Shown in pieces: positions 1 to 8,589 of a stretch of DNA of 28,686 nucleotides. The stretch comes from an uncultured Gemmatimonadota bacterium (GTDB lineage Bacteria; Blakebacterota; Blakebacteria; Blakebacterales; Blakebacteraceae): NCBI GenBank assembly GCA_964576115.1, contig CAZNUA010000011.1, positions 62,001 to 90,686 on the forward strand. The letters run 5' to 3'. Positions within the stretch are counted from its first letter, which is position 1. The number at the start of each line of letters is the position of its first letter. A program made the translations under genes and the position numbers. The notes beneath the pieces were generated by a model. It was not told where the DNA came from. It saw nothing but the letters and a program-made list of their open reading frames with translations, and made no database searches.

Positions 1-1027
1 GGCGCAGTCCGAGGGTCTCGATCATCTCCCGGGGACGCAGGGGAAAGACCTCGGTAACCAGGTCGGACAGCCGGGAATCGGGCGTGACCCCGGTGCCGTA
101 GGAGTTGACGTGTACGCTCACGGGATCGGGCTCGCCGATGGCGTAGGCCAGCTGCACTTCCACCTCGTCGGCCAGGCCAGCCGCGACCAGGTGCTTGGCG
201 ATCGCCCGGGCCATGTAGGATGCCGAGCGGTCGACCTTGGTGGCGTCCTTGCCCGAGAAGGCCCCCCCGCCGTGGCTGCCGTAGCCGCCATAGGTGTCGA
301 CGATGATCTTGCGGCCGGTCAGCCCGGTATCGGCGTGCGGACCCCCCTGCACGAAGCGACCGGTCGGGTTGACCAGGAAGGTGACCTCGTCATCCATCAG
401 GTCGGCCGGCACGACCGGACGCACGACCTGTTCCATCAGGTCGTCCCGCATCGTCGCCAGGGTCACATCTTCGGCGTGCTGGGCGGAGATCAGCACGGTG
501 TCGAGACGGACCGGGGTGCGGCCCTCATACGCGATCGAGACCTGGGTCTTGCCGTCGGGCCGCAGGTAGTCGAGCACGCCCTCCCGGCGCACCTGCGCCA
601 GGCGTTCGGCCAGCCGGTGGGCGAGGAGGATCGGCAGGGGCATGAACACCTCGGTCTGGCGGCAAGCGTAGCCGAACATGATGCCCTGATCGCCGGCTCC
701 ATCCCGGTCCACTCCCAGGGCGATGTCGGCCGACTGCTGGTGGATCGAGGTCAGCACGGCGCAGGTGTCGGCGGCAAAGCCGATCGAACCGTCGGTGTAG
801 CCGATCTCGCGAATCGTCTCCCGGACCACGTCGGGTACTTCGACGTAGGTCTGGGTCGTGACCTCGCCCCCGACCAGGGCCAGACCGGTGGTCAGGAAAG
901 TCTCGGCCGCCACCCGCGAGAAGGGATCGTCGACGAGCATGGCGTCGAGTATGGCATCGGAGATCTGGTCGGCCATCTTGTCGGGGTGGCCTTCGGTAAC
1001 TGATTCGCTCGTGAAAATGTAGTGCAT
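1..1027 (-). CDS. metK: S-adenosylmethionine synthetase (3' end runs off the window)
   Basis: Not in the ORF track. Reverse complement from ATG at 1027 reads [28 protein letters not shown], followed by [12 protein letters not shown] and [14 protein letters not shown]...[17 protein letters not shown], the MetK signatures. Confidence 0.98.
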   Translation of the reverse strand, partial: MHYIFTSESVTEGHPDKMADQISDAILDAMLVDDPFSRVAAETFLTTGLALVGGEVTTQTYVEVPDVVRETIREIGYTDGSIGFAADTCAVLTSIHQQSADIALGVDRDGAGDQGIMFGYACRQTEVFMPLPILLAHRLAERLAQVRREGVLDYLRPDGKTQVSIAYEGRTPVRLDTVLISAQHAEDVTLATMRDDLMEQVVRPVVPADLMDDEVTFLVNPTGRFVQGGPHADTGLTGRKIIVDTYGGYGSHGGGAFSGKDATKVDRSASYMARAIAKHLVAAGLADEVEVQLAYAIGEPDPVSVHVNSYGTGVTPDSRLSDLVTEVFPLRPREMIETLGLR

Positions 1028-1184
1028 GCGTACATCCCGTTCGTTGGGGCCGGCAGAGTGGTATTGCGGCGCCCGATACCTGGTGGGGCGGTGATCGTTT
1101 CTAAAGAACATTCTCCGGCGACGCAGGTCAAACCCCGGCTCGCCGTCCGGCTTGCGACCGGTCGGCTCCGGTCTGCCGGGGAAT

Positions 1185-2129
1185 TCAGCCCGAGGAATCC
1201 GGCAGGACCGGACCGGCGCCGTCGACGGCGAACATCGCGGTAAAGGCCTGCACCCGTTCGGCCAGGTCGGCGGGTCCGACCCCGAGCAGACCCGAGAGGC
1301 TGAAGTCTTCGACGGTAAAGGAAGCCAGGACGCTGCCCACCATCAGACCGTGACGGACCGTGGCCGGCGTGACCTCTCCGCGCCAAGCCAGGTATCCGAA
1401 GAACCCGCCGGCGAAGGTATCCCCGGCACCGGTGGGATCGACCACGCGCTCGAGCGGCCAGGCGGGTAGAAAGAATAGGTCGTCGGCATGCCAGAGCACC
1501 GCGCCGTACTCGCCCCGCTTGACGATGATATAGTCGGGGCCGAGCCGGGCGGCGGACCTGATGGCCCGCAGCAGGTTCTGTTCCCCGGAGAACTGGCGGA
1601 TCTCCGCCTCGTTCATGGTCAGGCAGTGCACCCGGCCGACGAGTTCAGTGAGGGCCTCGATCTCACCGTCGATCCAGAAGTTCATGGTATCGGCCCCGAT
1701 AAAGGCCGCCTCCGAAACCATGTCGACGACCTGCAGTTGCAGGCGCGGGTGGATATTCGCCAGAAAGACAAACGGCGTATCCTCCCATCCTGCGGGCAGT
1801 TTCGGCTCGAAGGTCTCGAATACGTTCAATTGAGTGTCATATGTGACAGCCTGGTTGAGATCCGTCTCGTAACCTCCTGCCCAACGGAAGGTTCTTCCCG
1901 GAGCCGTCTCCAGCCCGCCCAGGTCGATACCCCGTCCGCGGAGCAGTTCGACGTGATCGGGGGGGAAATCCCGGCCCACCACGGCCACCATCCCGACCCG
2001 GGTCAGGGCGGCGGCGGAGGCGGAGAAATAGGTCGCGGACCCGCCGAGTGCCTCGGTCACCGACCCGGCGGGCGAGGTGACGCTGTCCAGCGCCACGCTC
2101 CCGACGACAAGCAGTTCGGGGCTCGCCAT
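1185..2129 (-). CDS. PfkB/ribokinase-family carbohydrate or nucleoside kinase
   Basis: N-terminal VVGSVALD and LGGSATY; C-terminal PfkB signature [12 protein letters not shown]. Confidence 0.92.
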   Translation of the reverse strand: MASPELLVVGSVALDSVTSPAGSVTEALGGSATYFSASAAALTRVGMVAVVGRDFPPDHVELLRGRGIDLGGLETAPGRTFRWAGGYETDLNQAVTYDTQLNVFETFEPKLPAGWEDTPFVFLANIHPRLQLQVVDMVSEAAFIGADTMNFWIDGEIEALTELVGRVHCLTMNEAEIRQFSGEQNLLRAIRSAARLGPDYIIVKRGEYGAVLWHADDLFFLPAWPLERVVDPTGAGDTFAGGFFGYLAWRGEVTPATVRHGLMVGSVLASFTVEDFSLSGLLGVGPADLAERVQAFTAMFAVDGAGPVLPDSSG

Positions 2130-3125
2130 TTACCCGGCTCCATTCACTGTGGCGGAGTCACCGATGTTGAGTTGCATCGGCTGTCCCCGTACCTGCGCCC
2201 CGGGTCCCACGAGGCTGCCCTCCACGACCGCCCCTTCGATCACGGCCCCGGCGGCAACGATGCTGTTGCTCACCACACTCCGGCGTACCACCGCCCCGGC
2301 TTCGATCGAGACGTGGGGTCCGATGACAGCTTTCTCGAGGACCACCTCGTTCCCCACCTGGACCGGTTCGATGATGATCGCCTCGCTGCCCGGCTCATGG
2401 TCGGGTAACGCGCCTTCCCCGGCGGCCCGATCGAGCAGGGCCCGGTTGGTCGCCAGCACCGTTTCGGGCAAACCGCAGTCGTACCAGGCCTGCAGCGGAA
2501 AGGTTCGGAAGACCGCCCCGGCCTCGAGCATCAGAGCCAGCGCGTCGGTCAGCTGGTACTCCCCGCGGGTCCGGATATCCTCCTCGACGAGATGCTTGAG
2601 CTGGGTGAGCAGGAGGTCGGTCTCGGCAATGTGATAGAGTCCGGCGATGGCCAGGTGGCTGATCGGTTCGGCGGGTTTCTCCACCAGTCGAACGACCTGT
2701 TCGCCCTCGACCACCACCACGCCGAAGCGGGAGGGATCGTCGACCCCCATCACCCCGAGGCTGTTGCCGCCTTTCTCGAGCACGGCCTCCAGATCGGCCT
2801 CGAAGAGGGTATCCCCCAGGACGATGAAAACCGGTTGGCCGGCGATCGAGTCGGCCGCGGTGAGGACGGCATGCCCCAGACCCAGCATCTGCTCCTGTTC
2901 GACCCAGTCCATCGACATCTCGTAGGTCGCTTCGGCCCACGTCCTGATCTCGTCACCCCGATACCCGGTCACGAAACAGAAGGCCTCGATACCGGCCCCC
3001 AAGAGAGCATCGATGATGTGTCCCAGGATCGGCCGGCCGGCGACCGGGAGGAGGGCCTTCGGGATGGTGTGGGTGTGCGGCCGGAGGCGGGTACCGATAC
3101 CGGCGACCGGGATGAGCGCCTTCAT
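2130..3125 (-). CDS. Sugar-1-phosphate nucleotidyltransferase (RmlA/GDP-mannose pyrophosphorylase-like) with C-terminal left-handed beta-helix
   Basis: Start moved to ATG 3125 (MKALIPVAGIGTRLRPHT..PK), which overlaps the upstream stop (ATGA). Motifs LGLGHAV, LVEKP, RGEYQLTDAL, WYDCG and hexapeptide repeats. Confidence 0.92.
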   Translation of the reverse strand: MKALIPVAGIGTRLRPHTHTIPKALLPVAGRPILGHIIDALLGAGIEAFCFVTGYRGDEIRTWAEATYEMSMDWVEQEQMLGLGHAVLTAADSIAGQPVFIVLGDTLFEADLEAVLEKGGNSLGVMGVDDPSRFGVVVVEGEQVVRLVEKPAEPISHLAIAGLYHIAETDLLLTQLKHLVEEDIRTRGEYQLTDALALMLEAGAVFRTFPLQAWYDCGLPETVLATNRALLDRAAGEGALPDHEPGSEAIIIEPVQVGNEVVLEKAVIGPHVSIEAGAVVRRSVVSNSIVAAGAVIEGAVVEGSLVGPGAQVRGQPMQLNIGDSATVNGAG

Positions 3126-4231
3126 GAATCCACCTCCGCGAGTTTGGCTTTCAGGTGATCGATCTTCTCGACCGGGGTGGGATCGACCCGCCAGCCCAGG
3201 GCGAGATACACGCTCACGTAGTCGCCCAGAGCGGCCAGCGCGACCATCCGGGCCAGCCCGTGAGTCCCCTCTTCGGCCTTGATCCGGCGTACCGGAGCGC
3301 CGGCGGTCTGCAGCAGCTCGGCGGTAACATCGAGCCGACGCTGCATCTTCGGGCTCTGCCCCGGATCTTCCATCAGCAGAACCCGGGTGGCCGGGTAGAT
3401 CACCTCCTGGACCTCCCACCCGACGATTTCGTTGTGATTCATCTCGGGGAGCAGGTGCCCCGAGGCAACGCGCTTGGCGTTCTCGGCGAACTGTCCCCGC
3501 CAGCGCCACGCCACCGGTCCCAGCGGCCGGGCCGGTGCGTATATGACCGGCCAGTTATCGCCCAGCCACAGGGCGAGTTCCTTGGCCGGATTCTCGAGCA
3601 GGGGGGAGTCGCCGCCGTACCGTTCCCGCAGACCGTCGAGCAGGTCCGCTACGGCAGTCAGTTCGATCCGGCTCTCCTCACTGCCCGGGGCGCTCTCGTC
3701 GAGGGGCCCGATCCCGGCCAACAAGCCGTAAAGGGTAACCAGGGCCGAAGGAAAGGCGGCCCGGGGGGGCAGCCCCTCGGGCAGAGCGAAGAGCGGGACG
3801 CCCTCGCGTTCGGCTTCCGAGCCCAGCTCGCCGCCGGTCGTTATGGCCGCCCGATCCAGTCCCCGCCCGGCGGCTTCGTGCCAGGCACTCAGGGTTTCCT
3901 CGGTGGCGCCGGAATAGGAACAGGCCACGACCAGATCGCCGTCACCCGCCCAGGCGGGCAGGTGGTAATCGCGCACGACATGCAGGGCTACCGGCCAGGT
4001 GTCGGCCAGAGCAACGGCGGCGAAGTCGGCGGCGATTGCCGATCCTCCCATCCCGAGCACGATGACCCGGCGTTTTTCACGCCAGGCATCGGGCAGTTCG
4101 AAGGCGGTCGTCGCCCGGACAGCGTCCCGCCATTGCACGGCCGCACCTTCAATCAGGCCCAACATGCCTCCCGGATCGGCTTCGGCCAGAATCTCGGGCG
4201 CATCGAGCCGGGTGCGCGGGTCGTCTCGCAT
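3122..4231 (-). CDS. Bifunctional phosphoglucose/phosphomannose isomerase (SIS fold)
   Basis: GMGGSAI, SYSGATEET, TTGG, PPRAA, ENAK, PEMNHNEIVGW and DPTPV..I..LK motifs. Confidence 0.93.
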   Translation of the reverse strand: MRDDPRTRLDAPEILAEADPGGMLGLIEGAAVQWRDAVRATTAFELPDAWREKRRVIVLGMGGSAIAADFAAVALADTWPVALHVVRDYHLPAWAGDGDLVVACSYSGATEETLSAWHEAAGRGLDRAAITTGGELGSEAEREGVPLFALPEGLPPRAAFPSALVTLYGLLAGIGPLDESAPGSEESRIELTAVADLLDGLRERYGGDSPLLENPAKELALWLGDNWPVIYAPARPLGPVAWRWRGQFAENAKRVASGHLLPEMNHNEIVGWEVQEVIYPATRVLLMEDPGQSPKMQRRLDVTAELLQTAGAPVRRIKAEEGTHGLARMVALAALGDYVSVYLALGWRVDPTPVEKIDHLKAKLAEVDS

Positions 4232-4235
4232 GGTC

Positions 4236-6068
4236 TTACTCCTCCTCGGCGGCGGGGGTGGCAGTTCCGCCCGCCTCCTCGGCAGTCACTGCGGCGGGAT
4301 AGCTCGGGATGCTTTCGATGGCGTCGGTTTCCAGGTCGCCGAGTTTGCCCTTGGTGTACCGGCGGGCTACGCCGACGACTCCCTCGACGGTCTCCTGGAG
4401 CAGGGCTTCCTCGGCACACGCCTTGGCCTCGGCGTGCGTACACGACCGTACGATCTTCTTGATCTCGGGAATCAGAGCCGGACTCATGCTGAATTCATCG
4501 AGCCCCAGACCGAGCAGAATCATGGTGGCCAGGGGATTGGCGCTCATCTCGCCGCACATCCCCACCCAGCGGCCGTGCCGGTGACCGGCGTCGATGGTCA
4601 TCTTGATCTGCCGGAGAACGGCCGGGTGAAGCTCCTGGAAGATGTAGGCTACCCGGGGATTGCCGCGGTCCACGGCCAGCGAGTACTGAATCAAATCGTT
4701 GGTGCCGATCGAAAGGAAGTCGGCCTCCCGGGCCAGCAGATCGGCGATGGCACAGGCCGCCGGCACCTCCATCATGATCCCGACCGGAATCTCCTCGTTG
4801 AAGCTGACCCCCTCGGCCCGCAGTTCGGCCTGTACTCCATCGAGAGCCGCCCTGGCCTGACGCAGCTCTTCGAGACTGCCGATCATCGGCAGCAGGAGCT
4901 TGGCCTTGCCGTAGGCCGAGGCCCGCAGAATGGCGCGAAGCTGGGTGTCGAAGATGTCGGGTTCGGCGAGCGAAACCCTGATGGCCCGCCAACCCAGGAA
5001 GGGATTGCGCTCCAGCGGCCCGATCGGCCCCAGGCCCATCTTGTCTCCACCCAGGTCGAAGGTACGGATGATGACCGAATCGGGAGCCGCCTGTTCGAGT
5101 ACCCGGCGGTAATCGGTATACTGCTGTTCCTCGTCGGGGAGCTCGCCCCGTCCGAGGTAGAGGTACTCGGTCCGCAGCAATCCGATGCCCTTGGCGCCGA
5201 AACTGATTGCGCGCTCGACCTCTTCGGGCACCTCGATGTTGGCCGAGAGTTCGACCTCGCGACCATCGAGGGTCACCGCCGGCAGGTTCTTGAGTTTGAG
5301 CAACTCGCGTTCGAGTTCGGCGAAGATGGCCTTCTGCGACTCGAAGAACTTGATCAGACGTTCGTCGGGATTGACCGCCACCTGCCCCGAGGTTCCGTCG
5401 ACGGCGATCAGGGCGCCGCTCTGGATCCGTTCGGTTATCCGCGAAACCCCGACCACGGCCGGAACGCCGAGGCTGCGCGCCATGATGGCCGCGTGACTGG
5501 TCCGACCGCCGGCTTCGGTCACAAAGGCCAGCACGTGCTCGGGATCGAGCATCGCCGTTTCCGACGGAGTCAGATCCTCGGCCACCACCACGACCGGTCG
5601 ACTGAGCTGGCGCAGGAAGATCCGGCCTCCTGGCGCGAGCTGAACCAGAACCCGGTGCCGGACATCTTCGATATCCATGGCCCGTTGAGCCAGGTACTCG
5701 TCCTCGGCTCCGGCCAGCCGGTCACGCATCCCGGACATGATCTCGTTGTAGACGGCATCTGCGTTGCGCGCGCCGGATCGAATACCTTCGATGGTATCCT
5801 CGACGACCATCTCGTCTTTCAGGATCATCATGTGAACCCCGAAAATCCGGGCCACATTCTCGCCCATGGTGCGCGAGATCCTCTGTTGCAGAACGGTGAT
5901 CTGATCCTGGGCAGCATCGAGAGCCCGCCGGAAGCGGGCAATTTCGTTTTCCACCTCGTCGCTTTCGAGGCTCCGCTCCTCGATAACGAGCTCACCCCGA
6001 TCCAGCAGATATGCTTCCCCAACCGCGAATCCCGGCGAGGCCGAGATACCGCTTATCAACCTGTCCAT
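4236..6068 (-). CDS. ptsI: PTS enzyme I (phosphoenolpyruvate-protein phosphotransferase)
   Basis: Start ATG 6068 (MDRLISGISASPG) with GGAG upstream. Phospho-His motif GGRTSHAAIMARS, plus GIGLLRTE, ERNPFLGWRAIR, DFLSIGTNDL and GMCGE. Confidence 0.97.
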   Translation of the reverse strand: MDRLISGISASPGFAVGEAYLLDRGELVIEERSLESDEVENEIARFRRALDAAQDQITVLQQRISRTMGENVARIFGVHMMILKDEMVVEDTIEGIRSGARNADAVYNEIMSGMRDRLAGAEDEYLAQRAMDIEDVRHRVLVQLAPGGRIFLRQLSRPVVVVAEDLTPSETAMLDPEHVLAFVTEAGGRTSHAAIMARSLGVPAVVGVSRITERIQSGALIAVDGTSGQVAVNPDERLIKFFESQKAIFAELERELLKLKNLPAVTLDGREVELSANIEVPEEVERAISFGAKGIGLLRTEYLYLGRGELPDEEQQYTDYRRVLEQAAPDSVIIRTFDLGGDKMGLGPIGPLERNPFLGWRAIRVSLAEPDIFDTQLRAILRASAYGKAKLLLPMIGSLEELRQARAALDGVQAELRAEGVSFNEEIPVGIMMEVPAACAIADLLAREADFLSIGTNDLIQYSLAVDRGNPRVAYIFQELHPAVLRQIKMTIDAGHRHGRWVGMCGEMSANPLATMILLGLGLDEFSMSPALIPEIKKIVRSCTHAEAKACAEEALLQETVEGVVGVARRYTKGKLGDLETDAIESIPSYPAAVTAEEAGGTATPAAEEE

Positions 6069-6154
6069 ACGCCGTACTCCGGAAGCGGCCAATGATGTGA
6101 TTGTACTCCGGAAACCATGCCGGTACCCGTCCGGAACTCCAGGGCGAAAACCGA

Positions 6155-6430
6155 CTATGCCTCCATCTCCTCGAAACCGCCGGTAACCAGTTCGAGCAGG
6201 GCCGCCAGGCATGCCTCCTCGTCCGAGCCGTCGACCTCGATCGTGATCTCGGCACCCTGTTCGGCCGCAAGCATCATAACCCCCATGATGCTCTTGCCGC
6301 TAACGCGAATATCCTCACGGGTAACGTGAACATCGCAGGTGTACTGGTTGGCGGCCTGTACGAATAAAGCCGCCGGTCGGGCGTGCAGACCGAGGGGGTT
6401 GGTGATGATAACTGTCCTGACGATCGCCAT
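6155..6430 (-). CDS. ptsH: Phosphocarrier protein HPr
   Basis: GLHARPA (His15) and GKSIMGVMML (regulatory Ser46). Confidence 0.97.
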   Translation of the reverse strand: MAIVRTVIITNPLGLHARPAALFVQAANQYTCDVHVTREDIRVSGKSIMGVMMLAAEQGAEITIEVDGSDEEACLAALLELVTGGFEEMEA

Positions 6431-7189
6431 TTAGAACACGACCAGGAGCGACGTGAGCAGGAGGGTCAGTACGAGCAGGGACGGAAAGCGCCCCCGCTCC
6501 CGGCGCAGAACCAGCCAGCCGACCCCGATCGTTCCGGCTATCAGCGCCGCGCCCTCCACCCCGTCGGGTGTGCTCGGGTGGACGAGCAGCAGAGGGGGGA
6601 CCGCTCCCAGAGCCAGCGCGGCCAGGCGTCTGACCCAGCGGATCGCCCGGGCGCCGAGGTCTCCCGCGACGATGGTCACCACTCCCCGGCCGGCGACGCA
6701 TCCCAGCCGCATACCCTCGGCCCGGATAAGGAGGTGGGGAATATTGAAGAGCAGTAACAGGACCAGGATGCCGTAGAGAGGCGACAGGAGAAAGGCAATG
6801 ACACCGGCCAGACAGGCCAGCGGCTGAAGACCAGCCCAGAAGAAACGGTCGCCCAGATTGCCGAGCACACTGCCGCTGGCCTGCTTGAAACGGTCGAGCC
6901 AGGTCGTGTCGGCTTCGAGTCCGCCGCCCCGCTCGAGGTTTTCCTCTTCGGCCGCGATGAGGGCTCCGGCCGTAAAGGTCGCCAGGTAGGGATTGGTGTT
7001 GAAGTAGCGTAGATGCCGTTCCAGGGCGCGCTCCAGGTCGTCCGGTTCGGGGTAGAGATCGCGCAGGGCCGGCAGGAGGGTGGCCGCCAGACCGATATTC
7101 TGGAATCCGTCGTAGTTGAATCCGGCCTGGAATCCCAGGCTGGTGAGAAAAGCCGCAAAGCGGCTAGACATTCTGACCCGCCAGCTCAT
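6431..7189 (-). CDS. PTS mannose/fructose/sorbose family IID component
   Basis: QAGFNYDGFQNIG, ALERHLRYFNTNPY and LGNLGDRFFWAGL. ATG 7189 overlaps the IIC stop (ATGA). Confidence 0.9.
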   Translation of the reverse strand: MSWRVRMSSRFAAFLTSLGFQAGFNYDGFQNIGLAATLLPALRDLYPEPDDLERALERHLRYFNTNPYLATFTAGALIAAEEENLERGGGLEADTTWLDRFKQASGSVLGNLGDRFFWAGLQPLACLAGVIAFLLSPLYGILVLLLLFNIPHLLIRAEGMRLGCVAGRGVVTIVAGDLGARAIRWVRRLAALALGAVPPLLLVHPSTPDGVEGAALIAGTIGVGWLVLRRERGRFPSLLVLTLLLTSLLVVF

Positions 7190-7872
7190 CCGAGCACCAC
7201 TGCGGCTGCAATTCCCAGCACGAGCCCGCCACCGAGCCAGGCCAGCAGTTCCCGGCTCCGGAAGAGGCCGAGCATGCCGCCGAGACCGATTCCCAGCATT
7301 CCCGCCAGCAGAGCGTACGGCGGGATCTGCCTTGCCAGCGGTTCGAGCCAGCTGAGTTCGAGCAGGAACCGGGCCGCCGCGGCCGCACCGAGTGCGGTGA
7401 CTGCACCCCGCCCGGCACACTGCAGTACTCCTTCGACAAGCAGCCACCTCAGACGCCCGGGATGCCCCGCCGCCACCGCGGCCCGGGCCCGGCGGGCCAT
7501 CCGGCTGCGTCGATCCCGCTGCCAGTTCACGAGATACCCGGCCAGATAGGCGATCGGAAGGGCAGTCAGCAGAACCACCAGACCGCCGACCCCCAGATCG
7601 AGAAAGCCGGCCTTGATGCCGATCAGAACCCCGCCGGCGGCCCCGACCGCGGCCGGACCGACTTCGGGCCTCAGGCGGCTCCCGACCGGCAGGTCTCCCA
7701 TCCAGAGGAGCTGAAGAAGACCGCCGAAAAAGGCCCCTTCATAGGGGACGCCGAGGGCCGCTCCCGCCAGGGAACAGATGACCAGCGGCTGGTGGACCAT
7801 CCCCTGGAAGAAGGCCGTCGTGTCTATTGCCGCGACCGCCCCCAGAGCCGTGACTGCAAGCCACTCCGTCAC
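7186..7872 (-). CDS. PTS mannose/fructose/sorbose family IIC component
   Basis: D..AFFQGMVHQPLV, G..LQLLWMGDLPVG...P, several hydrophobic segments, and position next to IID. Confidence 0.88.
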   Translation of the reverse strand: MTEWLAVTALGAVAAIDTTAFFQGMVHQPLVICSLAGAALGVPYEGAFFGGLLQLLWMGDLPVGSRLRPEVGPAAVGAAGGVLIGIKAGFLDLGVGGLVVLLTALPIAYLAGYLVNWQRDRRSRMARRARAAVAAGHPGRLRWLLVEGVLQCAGRGAVTALGAAAAARFLLELSWLEPLARQIPPYALLAGMLGIGLGGMLGLFRSRELLAWLGGGLVLGIAAAVVLG

Positions 7873-7875
7873 GCC

Positions 7876-8589
7876 TCAGTCCCCCGGCGGCCGCATGTCA
7901 ACGACCGTCACCCCGGCCGGGATGGAGAAGGTGAAATGTGTCTCTTCCTGCGGTCCGGTGCGGATATCGTCGAGGACATATGCGTGCGTGTTCCCGGCCC
8001 CGTCGGCATAATCGGCCCGCACCGCCAGCAGACGGTCGGTGTCGATCACGATATCCACACTGCTGGGATCTTCCCAGGCCTGCCGGTGGATCCGGACCGA
8101 TACATAGAGAGTACCATCGACGGTCTCCTCGCTGAGCCCTTCGACATCCACCCCCTCGGTATACGCCAGGAAGAGCTGTTGCTGATTGGAAATGCCGCGC
8201 TCGGGATCGGCGTTGAAGATGAGAACCTGGTTCTGTTCCTGATCCCAATCCCAGATCGTGTCCCCGTCCGAGACCATGACCCGGCCCTCGAGTTCGAGCC
8301 GGAAGCGGGTTCGGCCCGCGATCCAGAGCCGGCCGCGGGTGACCTGGGTTTCACCGGCCAGAACCCATTCGAAGGTGTGGGTGAACCGGGCCGTCAGACC
8401 ATCCAGCGATTCCCAGTTGGTCCGGAGGCGCTCCATGAGAGCGTTCAGCTGCGAATCGGGTTCCTGCGCTCCGGTTCCTGCAGGGATCGCGAGCACGATC
8501 GCCGCCGCGGCCACGGCCGCCAGGTGACGGCCACACGGAGAAGGGCCGGGGTATCGGCGCCGGCTCCAACCGGTCTGCAAACACGTCAT
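7876..8589 (-). CDS. lolA: Outer-membrane lipoprotein carrier LolA family protein
   Basis: Signal-peptide-like N-terminus, then ARFTHT, G.LWI...RFRLE, VSDGDTIWDWD..QNQV and FTFSIPAGVTVVD. Lies directly after ftsK. Start is uncertain (8589 gives an ATGA overlap; 8601 is possible). Confidence 0.85.
   Translation of the reverse strand: MTCLQTGWSRRRYPGPSPCGRHLAAVAAAAIVLAIPAGTGAQEPDSQLNALMERLRTNWESLDGLTARFTHTFEWVLAGETQVTRGRLWIAGRTRFRLELEGRVMVSDGDTIWDWDQEQNQVLIFNADPERGISNQQQLFLAYTEGVDVEGLSEETVDGTLYVSVRIHRQAWEDPSSVDIVIDTDRLLAVRADYADGAGNTHAYVLDDIRTGPQEETHFTFSIPAGVTVVDMRPPGD

Noticed and set aside
110..1003. 297-aa plus-strand ORF
   Set aside because: Antisense shadow of metK, which occupies the minus strand with clear motifs.
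3126..3509. N-terminal extension of the nucleotidyltransferase ORF (likewise 6069-6212 for ptsI, 7190-7447 for IID, 15721-15882 and 23106-23168)
   Set aside because: These extensions overlap upstream genes or lie before the SD-supported or coupled starts and show no family-like sequence.
3999..6095. Long plus-strand ORFs opposite real genes (698 aa here; also 8763-10640 and 25511-27079)
   Set aside because: Typical antisense open frames of high-GC coding sequence opposite ptsI, ftsK and dnaK; no motifs.
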